From a virus (Duplodnaviria; Caudoviricetes): a DNA stretch of 64,000 bases. Below, piece by piece: positions 45,587 through 57,371 of this stretch. The notes under the pieces are model-generated. The model was not told the origin of the DNA. It did not search any database and worked only from the letters and a program-made list of their open reading frames with translations. The position numbers and the translations under genes were made by a program. The DNA lies in the IMG/VR virus record IMGVR_UViG_3300046167_000724. One strand, 5' to 3'. Position 1 is the first letter of the stretch; each line of letters begins with the position of its first letter.

Positions 45587-47470
45587 ATGGCAACACCATT
45601 AGTAAGAACTGTTCAAGAGCAGGGTGGTACAATGTACACCTTTGCGTCAGCTGCTAGAGATTTAACTAGAGCACAGGGAGACCCAGACTTAAAGTTTGAG
45701 TTTTCTCATTATGCCCTATTAGACCTACCAGAAGTAAATTTAAGTGCAACAAGTAATTCTTTCAAGTGGGACAGGCTATATGAGGGTGCCGCACCATGGA
45801 CTCCAAGTATTGATGATAATCAAAACTGGGCAACCGCGTTTCAAAATTATGCGCTTAACCTAGAAGAAATCATTAGAAATGATGATGACTTTGATCCTGT
45901 AATTTATCAAAGTGATGCCGAAAGACTTTTCTTTAAATTTCTATCAACAGTTGATGTTTTAAGAACTAGAACAGCAACATCTACTGAAGCTGTTTCATCT
46001 ATCGGTAGATATACTGAACTAGATAACACAGCGGGTACTGGTGCTGATTATGAAAAAGTAATTAAATATGTTGGTACTGTTGATGTTATCAATGATAAAA
46101 ATTACTCGGCAAACACATATCAAGAGGTATTTGTAAATGTACCTTCATCTGTTGGTTATACGCCAACCGTATTATTAAAAGAAGATACTTACAATACAAC
46201 TAGTTTAACATTAACACCGGGTGGTACGATTGAAGGTAGATCAACACACCCTACTGGTTTAAGTATTGCATCACTACATGATATTGATGGTGTTAATCCA
46301 GTATATGATATTAATACAAATACAGCACCTGCGGTTGGTATTGATTTTGATGAAGCAAACTACTATGCTGTAAATATTGACTCATCAATTAATACATTAC
46401 ACGACCTTTCACAAAAAGGTGGTAACTTTAAGTTTAACGCGGTACTTGTTTACTATGATTTATATTCACAGTCAAATCCAGGTAACAGAGCTACAAACTT
46501 ATATGGTGTTCTTTTATTAGACAACTTTACTGATGGTAATATTAGAGAGCTTATTAAGTATAAGCCAAACGCAATTACTGGTTTAAATGGTAATGCATTC
46601 TCTTTAAAGCTAAACCTTAAATACAATACGTCTCTTGATAATGTTGGTGTTGAAAATACAATCAATGACTTTACAACATTCTCAATGGATCTTTTCTTTG
46701 ATACAACTACTGTATTAGAGAATGCTACAAAACTATTACTACAAGCAAATTCAAGATATGACGGTATTGCTAATAGGTTAGATGTCATGGAGAACATGAT
46801 TCTATCTTCTGAGGATGCTCAAGAAATGTCTAACACGATAGCGGACCTTGAAACACAAATACAAAATGCATCTTTAAATTATGCTGATGAAGCTTCACTG
46901 CTTGATATGATTACTGATATCAATAGAAGACTTAACAGTATTATTAATGGTACTATACCAACAGAAGTTCAATACAATACAAACGTTATCTTTGATGGTG
47001 TGGGTACTAAAGTTGATAAATCAACGCCTAATAAAATCAAAATCAATAACGACGTTCAGGGTTACAGATTATTAAACATGCTTGAATGGAATAATGTTAA
47101 TTTAGAATCAGGTAATAAACTAGTTGAATATGATGCATCTAATGCTTCAGCAACTGGCATTTACGTTAGACTTAAAGCATTTGAAAATATGGTAAGAGTA
47201 CCATTATCAAATGGGGTGTCTAATAATAATATAAATATATACATAGATGATAGTACGACATCATGGAAAGACGGTCAATCACTTAAGTTGGTTTTTGATA
47301 ATACTCTAGACATGAACGACTATAACATCGTTTTTTATACAAACAAAAACAATGGGTGGGAGCAGATTAAGCAAGTTGCTAATACTGAACTAAGAGGTGG
47401 TAAACCTTACATTGAGCTTGTGTGTACAAACCAAGTAACATTAACGTTCGTAGCAGACGTATTAAGATAA
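45587..47470 (+). CDS. Virion structural protein
   Basis: Long ORF in the structural cluster; central coiled coil. Confidence 0.6.
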   Translation: MATPLVRTVQEQGGTMYTFASAARDLTRAQGDPDLKFEFSHYALLDLPEVNLSATSNSFKWDRLYEGAAPWTPSIDDNQNWATAFQNYALNLEEIIRNDDDFDPVIYQSDAERLFFKFLSTVDVLRTRTATSTEAVSSIGRYTELDNTAGTGADYEKVIKYVGTVDVINDKNYSANTYQEVFVNVPSSVGYTPTVLLKEDTYNTTSLTLTPGGTIEGRSTHPTGLSIASLHDIDGVNPVYDINTNTAPAVGIDFDEANYYAVNIDSSINTLHDLSQKGGNFKFNAVLVYYDLYSQSNPGNRATNLYGVLLLDNFTDGNIRELIKYKPNAITGLNGNAFSLKLNLKYNTSLDNVGVENTINDFTTFSMDLFFDTTTVLENATKLLLQANSRYDGIANRLDVMENMILSSEDAQEMSNTIADLETQIQNASLNYADEASLLDMITDINRRLNSIINGTIPTEVQYNTNVIFDGVGTKVDKSTPNKIKINNDVQGYRLLNMLEWNNVNLESGNKLVEYDASNASATGIYVRLKAFENMVRVPLSNGVSNNNINIYIDDSTTSWKDGQSLKLVFDNTLDMNDYNIVFYTNKNNGWEQIKQVANTELRGGKPYIELVCTNQVTLTFVADVLR

Positions 47471-47471
47471 G

Positions 47472-50400
47472 ATGGCAAATAATAGTATATCACAAATTAT
47501 CAGACAGTTTCTGGAAATGAACCAGAACTCTATAGAAAACTTTGAAAAGATTTCTGAGGCAATAACAACTGATAAAAAGACGGTTTCATTAGACCTATTT
47601 GACGAGCAAGGTAACCTTAAGACGGTTCAAGTGCCTGCGTTTGGTTATTTGAAAAGAGAGATTGAAAGACTAGATACAAACTTCAAGTCTTTATCTGGAC
47701 TTTCGTCGGGTGATGCTACTGTTAAAATGCCAGATGGTACATTTAGACAAATTACTAAATCTAAATTAAAGACACCGGCAAAGTCTGTAACTTCAATTTC
47801 AGCGCCGACTACTTTTGTTACTAAGACAAATAACTTTTTTGAATCATTCCTAAACCCACTACTTCAAGTTCAACTTGATGTAAACGGTCAAGTACCGACT
47901 AATACTGAAAAGATTAAATTAGCAAGGTATATCATTGATTCTAATGATGCTAACTCCGTGGACTGGTTCGATACTAATATTAAAGGTACGGACACGTTAG
48001 AGGTTAATCAAATGCTTTCTGACTTTGCCACAAACAACATTAGATATATTGTTGATGAAGAAGTTATTGATGCTCCGGTTAGGTCATCACAATACAATGG
48101 CGGGTTTGACGTTTCTAAAATTAGAACAACTCAAAGAAATATTACAGTTGATGGTGTTACTCAAACTAAAACAATAAAACTTTATACGGTTAATACTTTT
48201 AGTTATAACGATGCTGAAAAAACAATGACTGAAACAGAGTCATTAAAAGTAGGTGATGAAGTATTAGTTAACTCTGGTAACAACTCAACTAAATATAGAG
48301 TCGTTTCTTTAAATGCAGATACACTTGAGGTTGAGCTACTTCTATTAGAGGGTTATGAATCTGTAAAGGTTGGCCTTAATCAATTAAAGATATACAAGGG
48401 TAAAGAAGCATATGATGCGATTGATATTGCTGTAGGCTTTGACGAAAGAATGGTTGCATTCATTAAGCCGGTTGATGCTGAATCAAACCTAGAAGCTGAA
48501 CAATGGTCACCAGGTACTGCTTTTTATACAAATGATTTAATCATTACTAAAGAAGATGGTGAAGTTCAAACTTTAGCTAATTTCTATAAAGATGAGGTTG
48601 CTGACTTTGGTCAAATGATTAAAGCACTTAAAGAAGATTCAATACCACCTTCAACATTAGGTGTTACACCAGATGCACCAACTCTAGAGCCAAGTAATTT
48701 CAAAGTAGCACAGGTTAATACACACCTTACTGAAAGTGAAACATTCAATAAAATCAAATCACTTAATGCTAATAAGGTTTCAGCAGAAAGTTCAATTAAA
48801 AGATTTGATGAAGATATTACATCTAAAAAAGCGGCGATTGCTACTAAAAAATATTCGTCGGCTGTAGAAAAAGATAGAGATAGTAATGAGCTTATAAACT
48901 TAATTAATCAAAGAACTGCAGAATCAAATCTGTATACTTCTATGGTTAGTGAGATTAAGACTATTGCTGAAACAACAAATATAAGTAACATTGCGCCTAA
49001 ATATAGGGTAAGAGGTTTCTGGAAGATTCCTGATGCTAAATTAGCTGCAGATACTTTACCACAAAAAATTGTTCAATTTAAAGTTCAATACAGGTACTTA
49101 TCAACTGATGGTACACCTGCTAAATCTGAACAAATAGAATTAGGCACTGATGGTGTTACAGGTTCATTCTCAAATTGGACTGAAGTTGACGGTAAGGTAA
49201 GAAAAAGATCAAAAGACCCAGTAACTGGTAAATACTTTTGGGAAGCTGAAAATGTTGAAAACAGCCAAGAGATTAATATTAATCAACTTAACATACCTAT
49301 TCAAGCTGGTGAAACTGTTGAGTTTAGAGTTAAATCTATTTCTGAGGCTGGTTGGCCATCAAATCCATTAGAATCAGAATGGTCTGAAATTGTAAGGGTA
49401 CCATTCCCTAATGGTTTAGTGTCAACTAATTCAATCGTTAACTTAGTTGATTCAAATACATCTGAGATTGCTAAAGTTAAACTTATGGAGGAATTACAAA
49501 GTGTTGGTATATACAAACACGTAAATGATTCTTTTTCAGTTGGCGACAAATATTTTGCACACACGGCCGCTAGTATAACATCTGGTTTTGTAACTGATGA
49601 ACAAGTACCTATTTCTATTTATGATAAGCTTCTTGCAATGCAATTAGAGATTGATACGTTAAAAGCTAAAATTGAAGCAACACTGGGTGAACTAGTTGTA
49701 AAACTTCAAAAAGAAGATGGCACAACTGAAACACTTCAAAATAATACGGTTAAGTCAATCTTCGCAGGATTCTATACTGATGAAGTTTCAAACCTAGATG
49801 TTAAGAAAGGTCATATTGTAACTAAAACTTTTAAACTAATACTTGAAAATTCTAAAGCAACGCCACTAGAGCTTGTGTCTAGGATTAGCGGTGATAGAAA
49901 TAAAGTAGCATACAACTCATCAGATAGTACAAATAACGGTTTTGGTGTTGCACCAAATGCTACGGCAGATACTTTTGTTGCGGGTGATTCATATTATAAA
50001 ATTAATGGTAAATATGATTTAGTACCTACATTATATCAAAATACAACATCTGCGGATTTAACACAAACATATTTTAATGAAGCACCGTACCAATCTGGCC
50101 AACTAAGAGGTCAGTATGCGTATTCTAGATTTAAAAACATTGCTAATGATGCTGAATTATATGTAACTAATGATATTAATACGTCCGACAATTCTGGTAA
50201 TTTATTATGGGAATATTCAGTTCCATCATTAAGCGAGTACAGCGGTATTGGTGTTGATGCATCTGGTTACATATTTAAGGGTACTTGGAGTAATCCGTCA
50301 GCTAATGTGTATACACCTGAAGCTGGTAATATTGTTGGTTTTAATACCGCCGGTATTGATTATAACAGTAGTGTGCTTTTACATATTGAACATCCTGAAT

Positions 50401-50873
50401 TAAATAAAAATAATAATGTTTATTCAGATGTTAAATCAACAATAGCGCATGCTAAAACATTAAATGTTAACGGTCAACAAACTGCATATTATTATGATGC
50501 AACATTAGATAGAACTGTTAAAATGGCCTTTGAACCAAATGACCAGTATTTATTAGGTGGTAATTCATGTGGTGCTTACTTATTTATGTCACCGTTATCG
50601 ATTGACCAATTAAAGGTTGATGCTGATAATACATCCGGTAAATATATTATTGGTATGGGCGGTGGCAATGGTGTTTCTATTGATATTAGCTTCCAGTATA
50701 GAATGACAGATTATTCTGGTAGCGCCGTTTCAGGTGTTGGTTATATAGGTGGAAATAAAGATGGTTTATACAGTAACTTAACTTATTCCAAAAGAATTGG
50801 TATTGATCTATTTGACAGTTATGATAATCAATTTTCAATTGACTTAGAAGTCTTTGCGAAGTATAAGCCTTAA
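47472..50873 (+). CDS. Large virion structural protein (coiled coil plus FN3-like domain)
   Basis: VEFRVKSISEAGWP...SEWSE FN3-like segment. Confidence 0.6.
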   Translation: MANNSISQIIRQFLEMNQNSIENFEKISEAITTDKKTVSLDLFDEQGNLKTVQVPAFGYLKREIERLDTNFKSLSGLSSGDATVKMPDGTFRQITKSKLKTPAKSVTSISAPTTFVTKTNNFFESFLNPLLQVQLDVNGQVPTNTEKIKLARYIIDSNDANSVDWFDTNIKGTDTLEVNQMLSDFATNNIRYIVDEEVIDAPVRSSQYNGGFDVSKIRTTQRNITVDGVTQTKTIKLYTVNTFSYNDAEKTMTETESLKVGDEVLVNSGNNSTKYRVVSLNADTLEVELLLLEGYESVKVGLNQLKIYKGKEAYDAIDIAVGFDERMVAFIKPVDAESNLEAEQWSPGTAFYTNDLIITKEDGEVQTLANFYKDEVADFGQMIKALKEDSIPPSTLGVTPDAPTLEPSNFKVAQVNTHLTESETFNKIKSLNANKVSAESSIKRFDEDITSKKAAIATKKYSSAVEKDRDSNELINLINQRTAESNLYTSMVSEIKTIAETTNISNIAPKYRVRGFWKIPDAKLAADTLPQKIVQFKVQYRYLSTDGTPAKSEQIELGTDGVTGSFSNWTEVDGKVRKRSKDPVTGKYFWEAENVENSQEININQLNIPIQAGETVEFRVKSISEAGWPSNPLESEWSEIVRVPFPNGLVSTNSIVNLVDSNTSEIAKVKLMEELQSVGIYKHVNDSFSVGDKYFAHTAASITSGFVTDEQVPISIYDKLLAMQLEIDTLKAKIEATLGELVVKLQKEDGTTETLQNNTVKSIFAGFYTDEVSNLDVKKGHIVTKTFKLILENSKATPLELVSRISGDRNKVAYNSSDSTNNGFGVAPNATADTFVAGDSYYKINGKYDLVPTLYQNTTSADLTQTYFNEAPYQSGQLRGQYAYSRFKNIANDAELYVTNDINTSDNSGNLLWEYSVPSLSEYSGIGVDASGYIFKGTWSNPSANVYTPEAGNIVGFNTAGIDYNSSVLLHIEHPELNKNNNVYSDVKSTIAHAKTLNVNGQQTAYYYDATLDRTVKMAFEPNDQYLLGGNSCGAYLFMSPLSIDQLKVDADNTSGKYIIGMGGGNGVSIDISFQYRMTDYSGSAVSGVGYIGGNKDGLYSNLTYSKRIGIDLFDSYDNQFSIDLEVFAKYKP

Positions 50874-50921
50874 ATTATTCTAGATATATAAGTCAAGTAC
50901 TTATAAATATATCATAGATTA

Positions 50922-53900
50922 ATGGCTACAATCAACTTTGATGCTAATAAAAATTCTATTGAGGGTAAGAGTCAGGTAATATTAAGAACCAATCCAGCTC
51001 TTTCTTCAAATGTTAAACTCGTCGTTGACTCGTCGGGTGACATTTTTTTAGATAGCTTTAGCGCTAATAAAACTCTTAGTAACCAAAAGTACAAGAGATA
51101 TTCTATTGACCCAAGTGGACATTATGCATATGACCTTGCGGCGTATTATAAAAACACACCATTAGAACTTGTATATGAACCTCTTAGGAGAGATTCAGAC
51201 ACTTCAGTATATAAACTATACAATAAGCAATACGAAGAACAATATAACTATGGTGCTCGCCTAAATAGCTCTAATATCTATAGTGAGAACATTAGATTTA
51301 TGGCACCGCTTAAAATCGATAAAGTACTTCCAGAATATTTTGTAATCTATAGAATTGAAGAACCTGTTTCTGATAGTGTATTAACCGATGAATTAAGTAA
51401 TATAAATACTAGGTTAGTTGATATGTTGTCTAATGCTACTATTGTCAAAACATTTGACCTTAGACCTAAAAGCAAAATAGGACAGTATTTAAATACATTC
51501 GCAAACAACACTGAAAAACCAATAGCACCATTAACATTTTCTTTTGAAAAGAATGAAAAGACGTTATGGAATGGTATTGATTTAGTTAAAGGTGGTTTCG
51601 CATCTAAGGGTGAATATGTTTCAGATAATTTTATTAAAACAGATAACCTTGAAATATTAAACAATCAATTTATAACAGACGGCTTTAAAAGAAATTCACT
51701 TGTTAGTGCAGATGTTATTAATCTGGAATTTTTATTTGAAGATTTTGATAACGCATATGATGTAAACAGATATATTGGAATTTATGTTAATGAACATGAA
51801 GAGGGTTCGTTTAAGCATACTGATTATAGAAAAGATGTACTCTACTTTGATAATTCAACTGTAGAAACTAATTTTGATTTAACTGGAACGTCACTAACAG
51901 CTATTAATATGTTGCCGTATGATGAATTAGATTTACCTATTTTACAATGGGTTAAATTTAATAATGGTTTTGGTCACGTTAAGAATCTTAAATCAACTGA
52001 CGGTGTTGTAAGTGGCCAATTTAATGTCGCTGCATTTAATGTAAATTCAACCGACAAGTTTATTAAGAAAAATGATACTTTAAATATATCAGGTATCATT
52101 GATGATAATCGAGACTTTATAAAATTATCAGTTGTTGAAAGACCAGATTCTTCAGAACATATTATATTAGCGGCTACTAACGAAGTTAAAGCTAGTGGTA
52201 ATATTGAGTTATTTAAAATATATGCGGATTCAGCGTTGCCCGCTGGTACACATGATGGTTTAAAATATTCAAACAACGGTTCACTTGAACAAATTACATT
52301 TGCACTTAGAAATGCAATGAATAGTATTTTAGATTCTGAATTTAAAATAAGTTTAGATAAAACTAACATTATTATAAGTAATTATATTTCTGGCAATCGT
52401 GTTGGGAATGCATTTTTAGCTATCAAAAATGATGGTGTTACAGTACCCACATATTTAAATATTGAAACTAGCTTATTAAATCCAGATATTGATTTAACAT
52501 TTATAAGCCCAAGTTTTGATACTGATTATACAATACATGGTATGGTTGGTGGCTCTGCAATTGGAAATTCTTTATTAATAGAGTTTGAAGAGATTGGTGA
52601 TTTAAGTGGTGATACTTATATTAAATCAGGTAATACTTTTGCAAAGGTTATTGAAGTAGTTGCGGACCCTGTATTTGATAATAAATATAGAGTTTGTGTT
52701 GATAAATCAATTGACGCAATAAATGTACAAGATTCTAGTTTAAGTTTATGGATAGAGAACAAGGTTGCGTTTGGTAAGTTTGAAGCTTTTGATTTTGTTG
52801 ATTTTGATTTTGATTTCTTTTCAACAATGCATTCAAAACTTAAAGAACTGCAATATGAAGATGTAGACTCGGGCGTAAATACCGATTATGTTGATAATCT
52901 TAATGACTTCAATACTCCATCGTTTAATTTCTTTAAAGGTCTTGAAAATATCAAACAGGAAGTTACAATAACATCTTCTGGTGTATCTAAAATTTATTCT
53001 GAATATGATAGACTACAAGAAAACTATATAAAAGAATTAGCACTAACTTCTAGAATTATACCTACTATAAATAAGTGGAGATATTTAGATGGTGTAAACG
53101 TTAGAGAAAATCCATATATGCTTTCAATGAGTGAAGCTTTTGGTAAAACTAATTTTGCACCTAATATAAAGATTGATGGCGCTAATGCAGACGCTATGAC
53201 ACATGAGTGGTACTATATTTATGGACACCCTAATTATTATGATGCAACTGATCCTTTACAAAAATCAAACGCTTTAGATTTTATAAAAAGTAATTATTCG
53301 TATTTACAACCAGAGTTAAGCATTGAATTAGATGCTTCAAAATTAATGGATATTAATAATGATTGGTTTAATAGTTTATTTGTATATGATGGTTTTGATA
53401 TTGCGGGTGTTGGTTTTGCGCCAGCTGTAATAACTAAAAAATATACTACCTTTGTAAAGGGTTCTGTTAATGCGCCTGCTGAAACTATGTTTAGAGGTCT
53501 TAAGGTTAAAGCCTTTGCAAGAAAAGAGTTTACAGAACTTAATCCTAAAAACTTAATTAACACAGCTGAGTTTAACGACTATAAGTTTAGCGCTGTCTTA
53601 AATTATAAAGCTAATCAAAGTGTAGATGACTCAACTATTAAAGTTATTCAAAATAAAGAATTTAAAACTATTACAATTTATATTGAAGTTTTAACAACCG
53701 AACAAAATGCACTTTTTGTTAATAGAAAATTATTATATCATTTAAAAAGCTTTTCTGATAGTTCTGGTGATTTATCGGATACTAAAATAAATGGTTATTT
53801 AGATTTTAGTGTTCAATTAGATAATGATCCAAAAACCATAAACGTAACGGGTGTTGGTGTTGATTTTATAAAAGACATTCAAATAAACGAAGACGGTGGT

Positions 53901-55361
53901 TATAATGTTATTAAATTTGATTACGCCGGTGAAACTTGGGTATTACCAGTTATAAGTGTTGAAAATTCATCTAGATTAACTGTAATTGCAGTTGATGGAC
54001 AACCTGGTAAAATAGAAAATGAAAACAAAACAAGTTTACTTGCAATTACACAAGAGCCATCAACTTTTGGTATAGATAAAGATTTTACATATATCGGTGG
54101 TGGTTATAATCTTGCTAAGGCGACATTTGAATCTGTATCGACTAAATCTATAGTTGATTTATTAAATTTAAATGATACTGAAAAAGTTGAATATATTACA
54201 GTAGAAACTGATGGTACTATTAATAATAATAGATTTATCTTAAATATTGAAGATGGTCATTATGTTAAAAAGCAATCTAAATTAACCGTATCATCTGACC
54301 CTAATAAGCCTGAAACATTTAAGGTTAGTGCTGGAAAAGTTGGATATGTTGTTAATGAACGTGATATACCATATACTACTGAACTTATTAGAATGTCTGG
54401 TGATTATACAACACTAACTAGAAATGTTATATCTTTTACAGATGTGTACAGACCTTATAAAACAACACAAGAGGTTATAGACACTATTAGTGAAGAAAGA
54501 GAAAAGTTACTTTATGATAGATACAATAGAATGGGTATTGTATTTGGTTCTGCACAGTATGAGGGTCATGATAAATGGGGTGTAATTGAAAACTTAAATT
54601 ACCATAAAATTAATCCTGAAAAGGCAGACGGTATTCTTAAACTATCAAATAGTACAACGCCGCCGGTATACAGACTTATTAGTGAAATAGCTATTGATAA
54701 AAGAGACGTTAATGTATTCAGGTCTTCATGGGAAGATGAATACTATATTAAGAATGGTATTCAAAATCAAAACATTAATGTATACGGTACTCTTTCAGCG
54801 TATGAAGAAAGTGCATTTCTTGCGTCAACATTAAATCTACCTAAAAACCAATATGAAATTACTTCATATCCTAATACTAAATTAGCTACAGGTTTATCAG
54901 ATATGAAAGCTATTAAAAGTACGGGTACTTATAATGGTGATGTTGTTTTATTTGAAGACAATGATAACGTGTATATAGATTTATACTTAGGTAACAGACT
55001 TACAAATGTTTTAATCGATGACAACGCCGGTGCATATATTAAAAAATATGTATTAGCATCAAATTCATATGGTGACAAAACGACGCTTGATGATGATATT
55101 AAAAAGTATATTGAAGTTAATATGCTCAAGTTGTTAAATATAAATGAGGTTAGATTATTTAATACACCGTCTAAGCAAATATTAAGTAGTGAGGTTGCTT
55201 CAATTAATAATTTAAATGATATTTTAGATTCTAGATTTGTAGAAGACACTTCATTTAGATTAGAGTATGACGTGAAAAATCCATTGAATATAAAAGTAAT
55301 ATATAATAAGAGGCCTGGTTTCAAACATCAGTTCTATATCTATACAAAAATAAACAGCTAA
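50922..55361 (+). CDS. Very large virion structural protein (1479 aa)
   Basis: Uninterrupted ORF with late motif at 50883. Confidence 0.6.
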   Translation: MATINFDANKNSIEGKSQVILRTNPALSSNVKLVVDSSGDIFLDSFSANKTLSNQKYKRYSIDPSGHYAYDLAAYYKNTPLELVYEPLRRDSDTSVYKLYNKQYEEQYNYGARLNSSNIYSENIRFMAPLKIDKVLPEYFVIYRIEEPVSDSVLTDELSNINTRLVDMLSNATIVKTFDLRPKSKIGQYLNTFANNTEKPIAPLTFSFEKNEKTLWNGIDLVKGGFASKGEYVSDNFIKTDNLEILNNQFITDGFKRNSLVSADVINLEFLFEDFDNAYDVNRYIGIYVNEHEEGSFKHTDYRKDVLYFDNSTVETNFDLTGTSLTAINMLPYDELDLPILQWVKFNNGFGHVKNLKSTDGVVSGQFNVAAFNVNSTDKFIKKNDTLNISGIIDDNRDFIKLSVVERPDSSEHIILAATNEVKASGNIELFKIYADSALPAGTHDGLKYSNNGSLEQITFALRNAMNSILDSEFKISLDKTNIIISNYISGNRVGNAFLAIKNDGVTVPTYLNIETSLLNPDIDLTFISPSFDTDYTIHGMVGGSAIGNSLLIEFEEIGDLSGDTYIKSGNTFAKVIEVVADPVFDNKYRVCVDKSIDAINVQDSSLSLWIENKVAFGKFEAFDFVDFDFDFFSTMHSKLKELQYEDVDSGVNTDYVDNLNDFNTPSFNFFKGLENIKQEVTITSSGVSKIYSEYDRLQENYIKELALTSRIIPTINKWRYLDGVNVRENPYMLSMSEAFGKTNFAPNIKIDGANADAMTHEWYYIYGHPNYYDATDPLQKSNALDFIKSNYSYLQPELSIELDASKLMDINNDWFNSLFVYDGFDIAGVGFAPAVITKKYTTFVKGSVNAPAETMFRGLKVKAFARKEFTELNPKNLINTAEFNDYKFSAVLNYKANQSVDDSTIKVIQNKEFKTITIYIEVLTTEQNALFVNRKLLYHLKSFSDSSGDLSDTKINGYLDFSVQLDNDPKTINVTGVGVDFIKDIQINEDGGYNVIKFDYAGETWVLPVISVENSSRLTVIAVDGQPGKIENENKTSLLAITQEPSTFGIDKDFTYIGGGYNLAKATFESVSTKSIVDLLNLNDTEKVEYITVETDGTINNNRFILNIEDGHYVKKQSKLTVSSDPNKPETFKVSAGKVGYVVNERDIPYTTELIRMSGDYTTLTRNVISFTDVYRPYKTTQEVIDTISEEREKLLYDRYNRMGIVFGSAQYEGHDKWGVIENLNYHKINPEKADGILKLSNSTTPPVYRLISEIAIDKRDVNVFRSSWEDEYYIKNGIQNQNINVYGTLSAYEESAFLASTLNLPKNQYEITSYPNTKLATGLSDMKAIKSTGTYNGDVVLFEDNDNVYIDLYLGNRLTNVLIDDNAGAYIKKYVLASNSYGDKTTLDDDIKKYIEVNMLKLLNINEVRLFNTPSKQILSSEVASINNLNDILDSRFVEDTSFRLEYDVKNPLNIKVIYNKRPGFKHQFYIYTKINS

Positions 55362-55367
55362 CATAAG

Positions 55368-56594
55368 ATGGCTATTAACATTAAAGAAATACTTTCAACT
55401 GATTCATCTAGTCAGGTGAATGAAAAGATTAATTACAATTTTGATCAAGTTGTTGCAAATGGTGGAGGTCCTGTAGGATCTATAGGGGCACAAGGTGCTT
55501 CAGGTGCTATTGGTTCAACTGGAGCGCAGGGTGCACAAGGCCCAGCTGGACCGCAAGGTCCAATAGGACTTTCAACAGATTATTTTGTACAGGTTGGTGC
55601 TTCACCTAATAATTTTACACTCACGCCTAATGTTTCAACGCCAGGTACTGCTACTACTTTAGTTTTAGGAGAAACTAATTCAGCATCACTAACTGGATAT
55701 TTAGATTCTGTTTTAAATATTAAATCAACACCTGCAATAGCTAGACAACTTAGACTAAGTACACAAACGTCATCTGAATATATCGATATAAATTATTCTG
55801 AAATTTCAGGTACTAGAGAACTTCAATTTGCTACAAATACGATTGGTTCACCATTATCTATTGATTATAAATTTAATGGTAATAGAATTATATTAAATAA
55901 TTCAAACAACGAAGTTATTTTATCTAGTGGTACTTCTCAATTTAATTCAAACCTTGAAATTAATTCTGGTTTGAAAATTACATCGGGTACACCTGGTACT
56001 GGTAAGGTGTTAACATCATCAGATGGAAATGGTACAGCTACATGGGCACCTGCTTTTGAGGTGCCGCTTGGTACAATAGTAATGATACCTTCATTTATTT
56101 ACAACGCATATACAGGCACACCACCCTTTAATATAACATATACATATGTTGAATGGGATCCCACTTTGGGCTTTCCGGGCATGCCTACATATCGTGGTAG
56201 GGGTAAAAATGCATGGGCTGGTTGGTATTATTGTAATGGTAAAACTTGGAGCGGCGGCGGTGTTTCTTACACGGTTCCTGATATGGAGGATAGACTTCCA
56301 TTAGGTTTTTCAAAGAACGGTCTAGATTCTCCGGCTTCTAAAGATTTAAATAGTGGTCAATATGGCGCTAATAGTGTTGCCGATTTAACATCCGTACAAA
56401 CTGCAGACGATCATACACATACTTTACCAGGTACTAATTATGCTATTCAAAGTGGTACTGGTGCTAATGTTTCATACTTAAATCCCTTATCAACAAATAC
56501 TGGGGGTGCTAAAACTGTAGATCTGTCGCCACAGACAACAACGGTTGGTTATATGATTTATTTAGGAGCTACTAATTTAACATATCCATCTTAA
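55368..56594 (+). CDS. Tail fibre with collagen-like segment and tail-collar domain
   Basis: EKINYNF N-terminal motif, 11 Gly-X-Y triplets (55467-55568), PLGTIVM...GWYYCNG...VPDMEDR collar motif. Confidence 0.7.
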   Translation: MAINIKEILSTDSSSQVNEKINYNFDQVVANGGGPVGSIGAQGASGAIGSTGAQGAQGPAGPQGPIGLSTDYFVQVGASPNNFTLTPNVSTPGTATTLVLGETNSASLTGYLDSVLNIKSTPAIARQLRLSTQTSSEYIDINYSEISGTRELQFATNTIGSPLSIDYKFNGNRIILNNSNNEVILSSGTSQFNSNLEINSGLKITSGTPGTGKVLTSSDGNGTATWAPAFEVPLGTIVMIPSFIYNAYTGTPPFNITYTYVEWDPTLGFPGMPTYRGRGKNAWAGWYYCNGKTWSGGGVSYTVPDMEDRLPLGFSKNGLDSPASKDLNSGQYGANSVADLTSVQTADDHTHTLPGTNYAIQSGTGANVSYLNPLSTNTGGAKTVDLSPQTTTVGYMIYLGATNLTYPS

Positions 56595-57355
56595 TGATTA
56601 ATATTAATATAAATAAAGACTGGATACCCTTTATAGTAATAGCTGTTTTAGCTTTTGTACTATTGGGTCAGTGTTCTAAGGTTTCTTCTCTTAAAGAAGA
56701 TGTAAAAATTCTTGAGGTAGATGTTCAAAATGCTAAGGCAAATTATGAAGCATCGCAAGATACCGTAGAACTATATATTAATAATAATGGTTATTTAGAA
56801 GCTGAGATTAAGACTTACGCTGCAAGTAATGAAGAATTATCAGGTGATTATTCAAAACTAATAAGCAAATATAAAAAGTCTTTAGATTTAAATAAAGACC
56901 TTAAAGGTGTTAATGCTTTATTATCTGCACAGTTAGCTAATAAAGATAGTTTACTTATTTACAGTGACATTAAGGCTGATTCAACTTTTACATTTATAGA
57001 TTCAGCAAATTATGGTGATGACAACACTAGAATTGTAAAAATTGACGGTAAAATTAATGACGGTCAGGTTCAAGGTAACCTTACAATAAAACAAACAATA
57101 ACTCTAATGGCAGTACTTGAAAATAATGATGGTGTTAATAGCATGAGACTTAGTACAAAGTACCCTTTTGATAATATGAATATTCAAGGAATAGACCTTA
57201 TCAATAATGAGTTGAATATATACAAAAAGAAAAGTAGATGGAATGTTAACGTTGGTGTTGGCTACGGTCTATATCCCACGGCTGGTGGTACGCTTAACGC
57301 AAATCCATTTATTGGAGTAGTATTGGGTTATTCACCAAAGTGGTTACAATTTTAA
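56594..57355 (+). CDS. Membrane-anchored coiled-coil protein, possible spanin
   Basis: N-terminal hydrophobic helix, long coiled coil, C-terminal KKKSRWNVNVGVGYG...IGVVLGY beta-hairpin ending in F. Confidence 0.45.
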   Translation: MINININKDWIPFIVIAVLAFVLLGQCSKVSSLKEDVKILEVDVQNAKANYEASQDTVELYINNNGYLEAEIKTYAASNEELSGDYSKLISKYKKSLDLNKDLKGVNALLSAQLANKDSLLIYSDIKADSTFTFIDSANYGDDNTRIVKIDGKINDGQVQGNLTIKQTITLMAVLENNDGVNSMRLSTKYPFDNMNIQGIDLINNELNIYKKKSRWNVNVGVGYGLYPTAGGTLNANPFIGVVLGYSPKWLQF

Positions 57356-57371
57356 TAAAGGAAACTAATAG

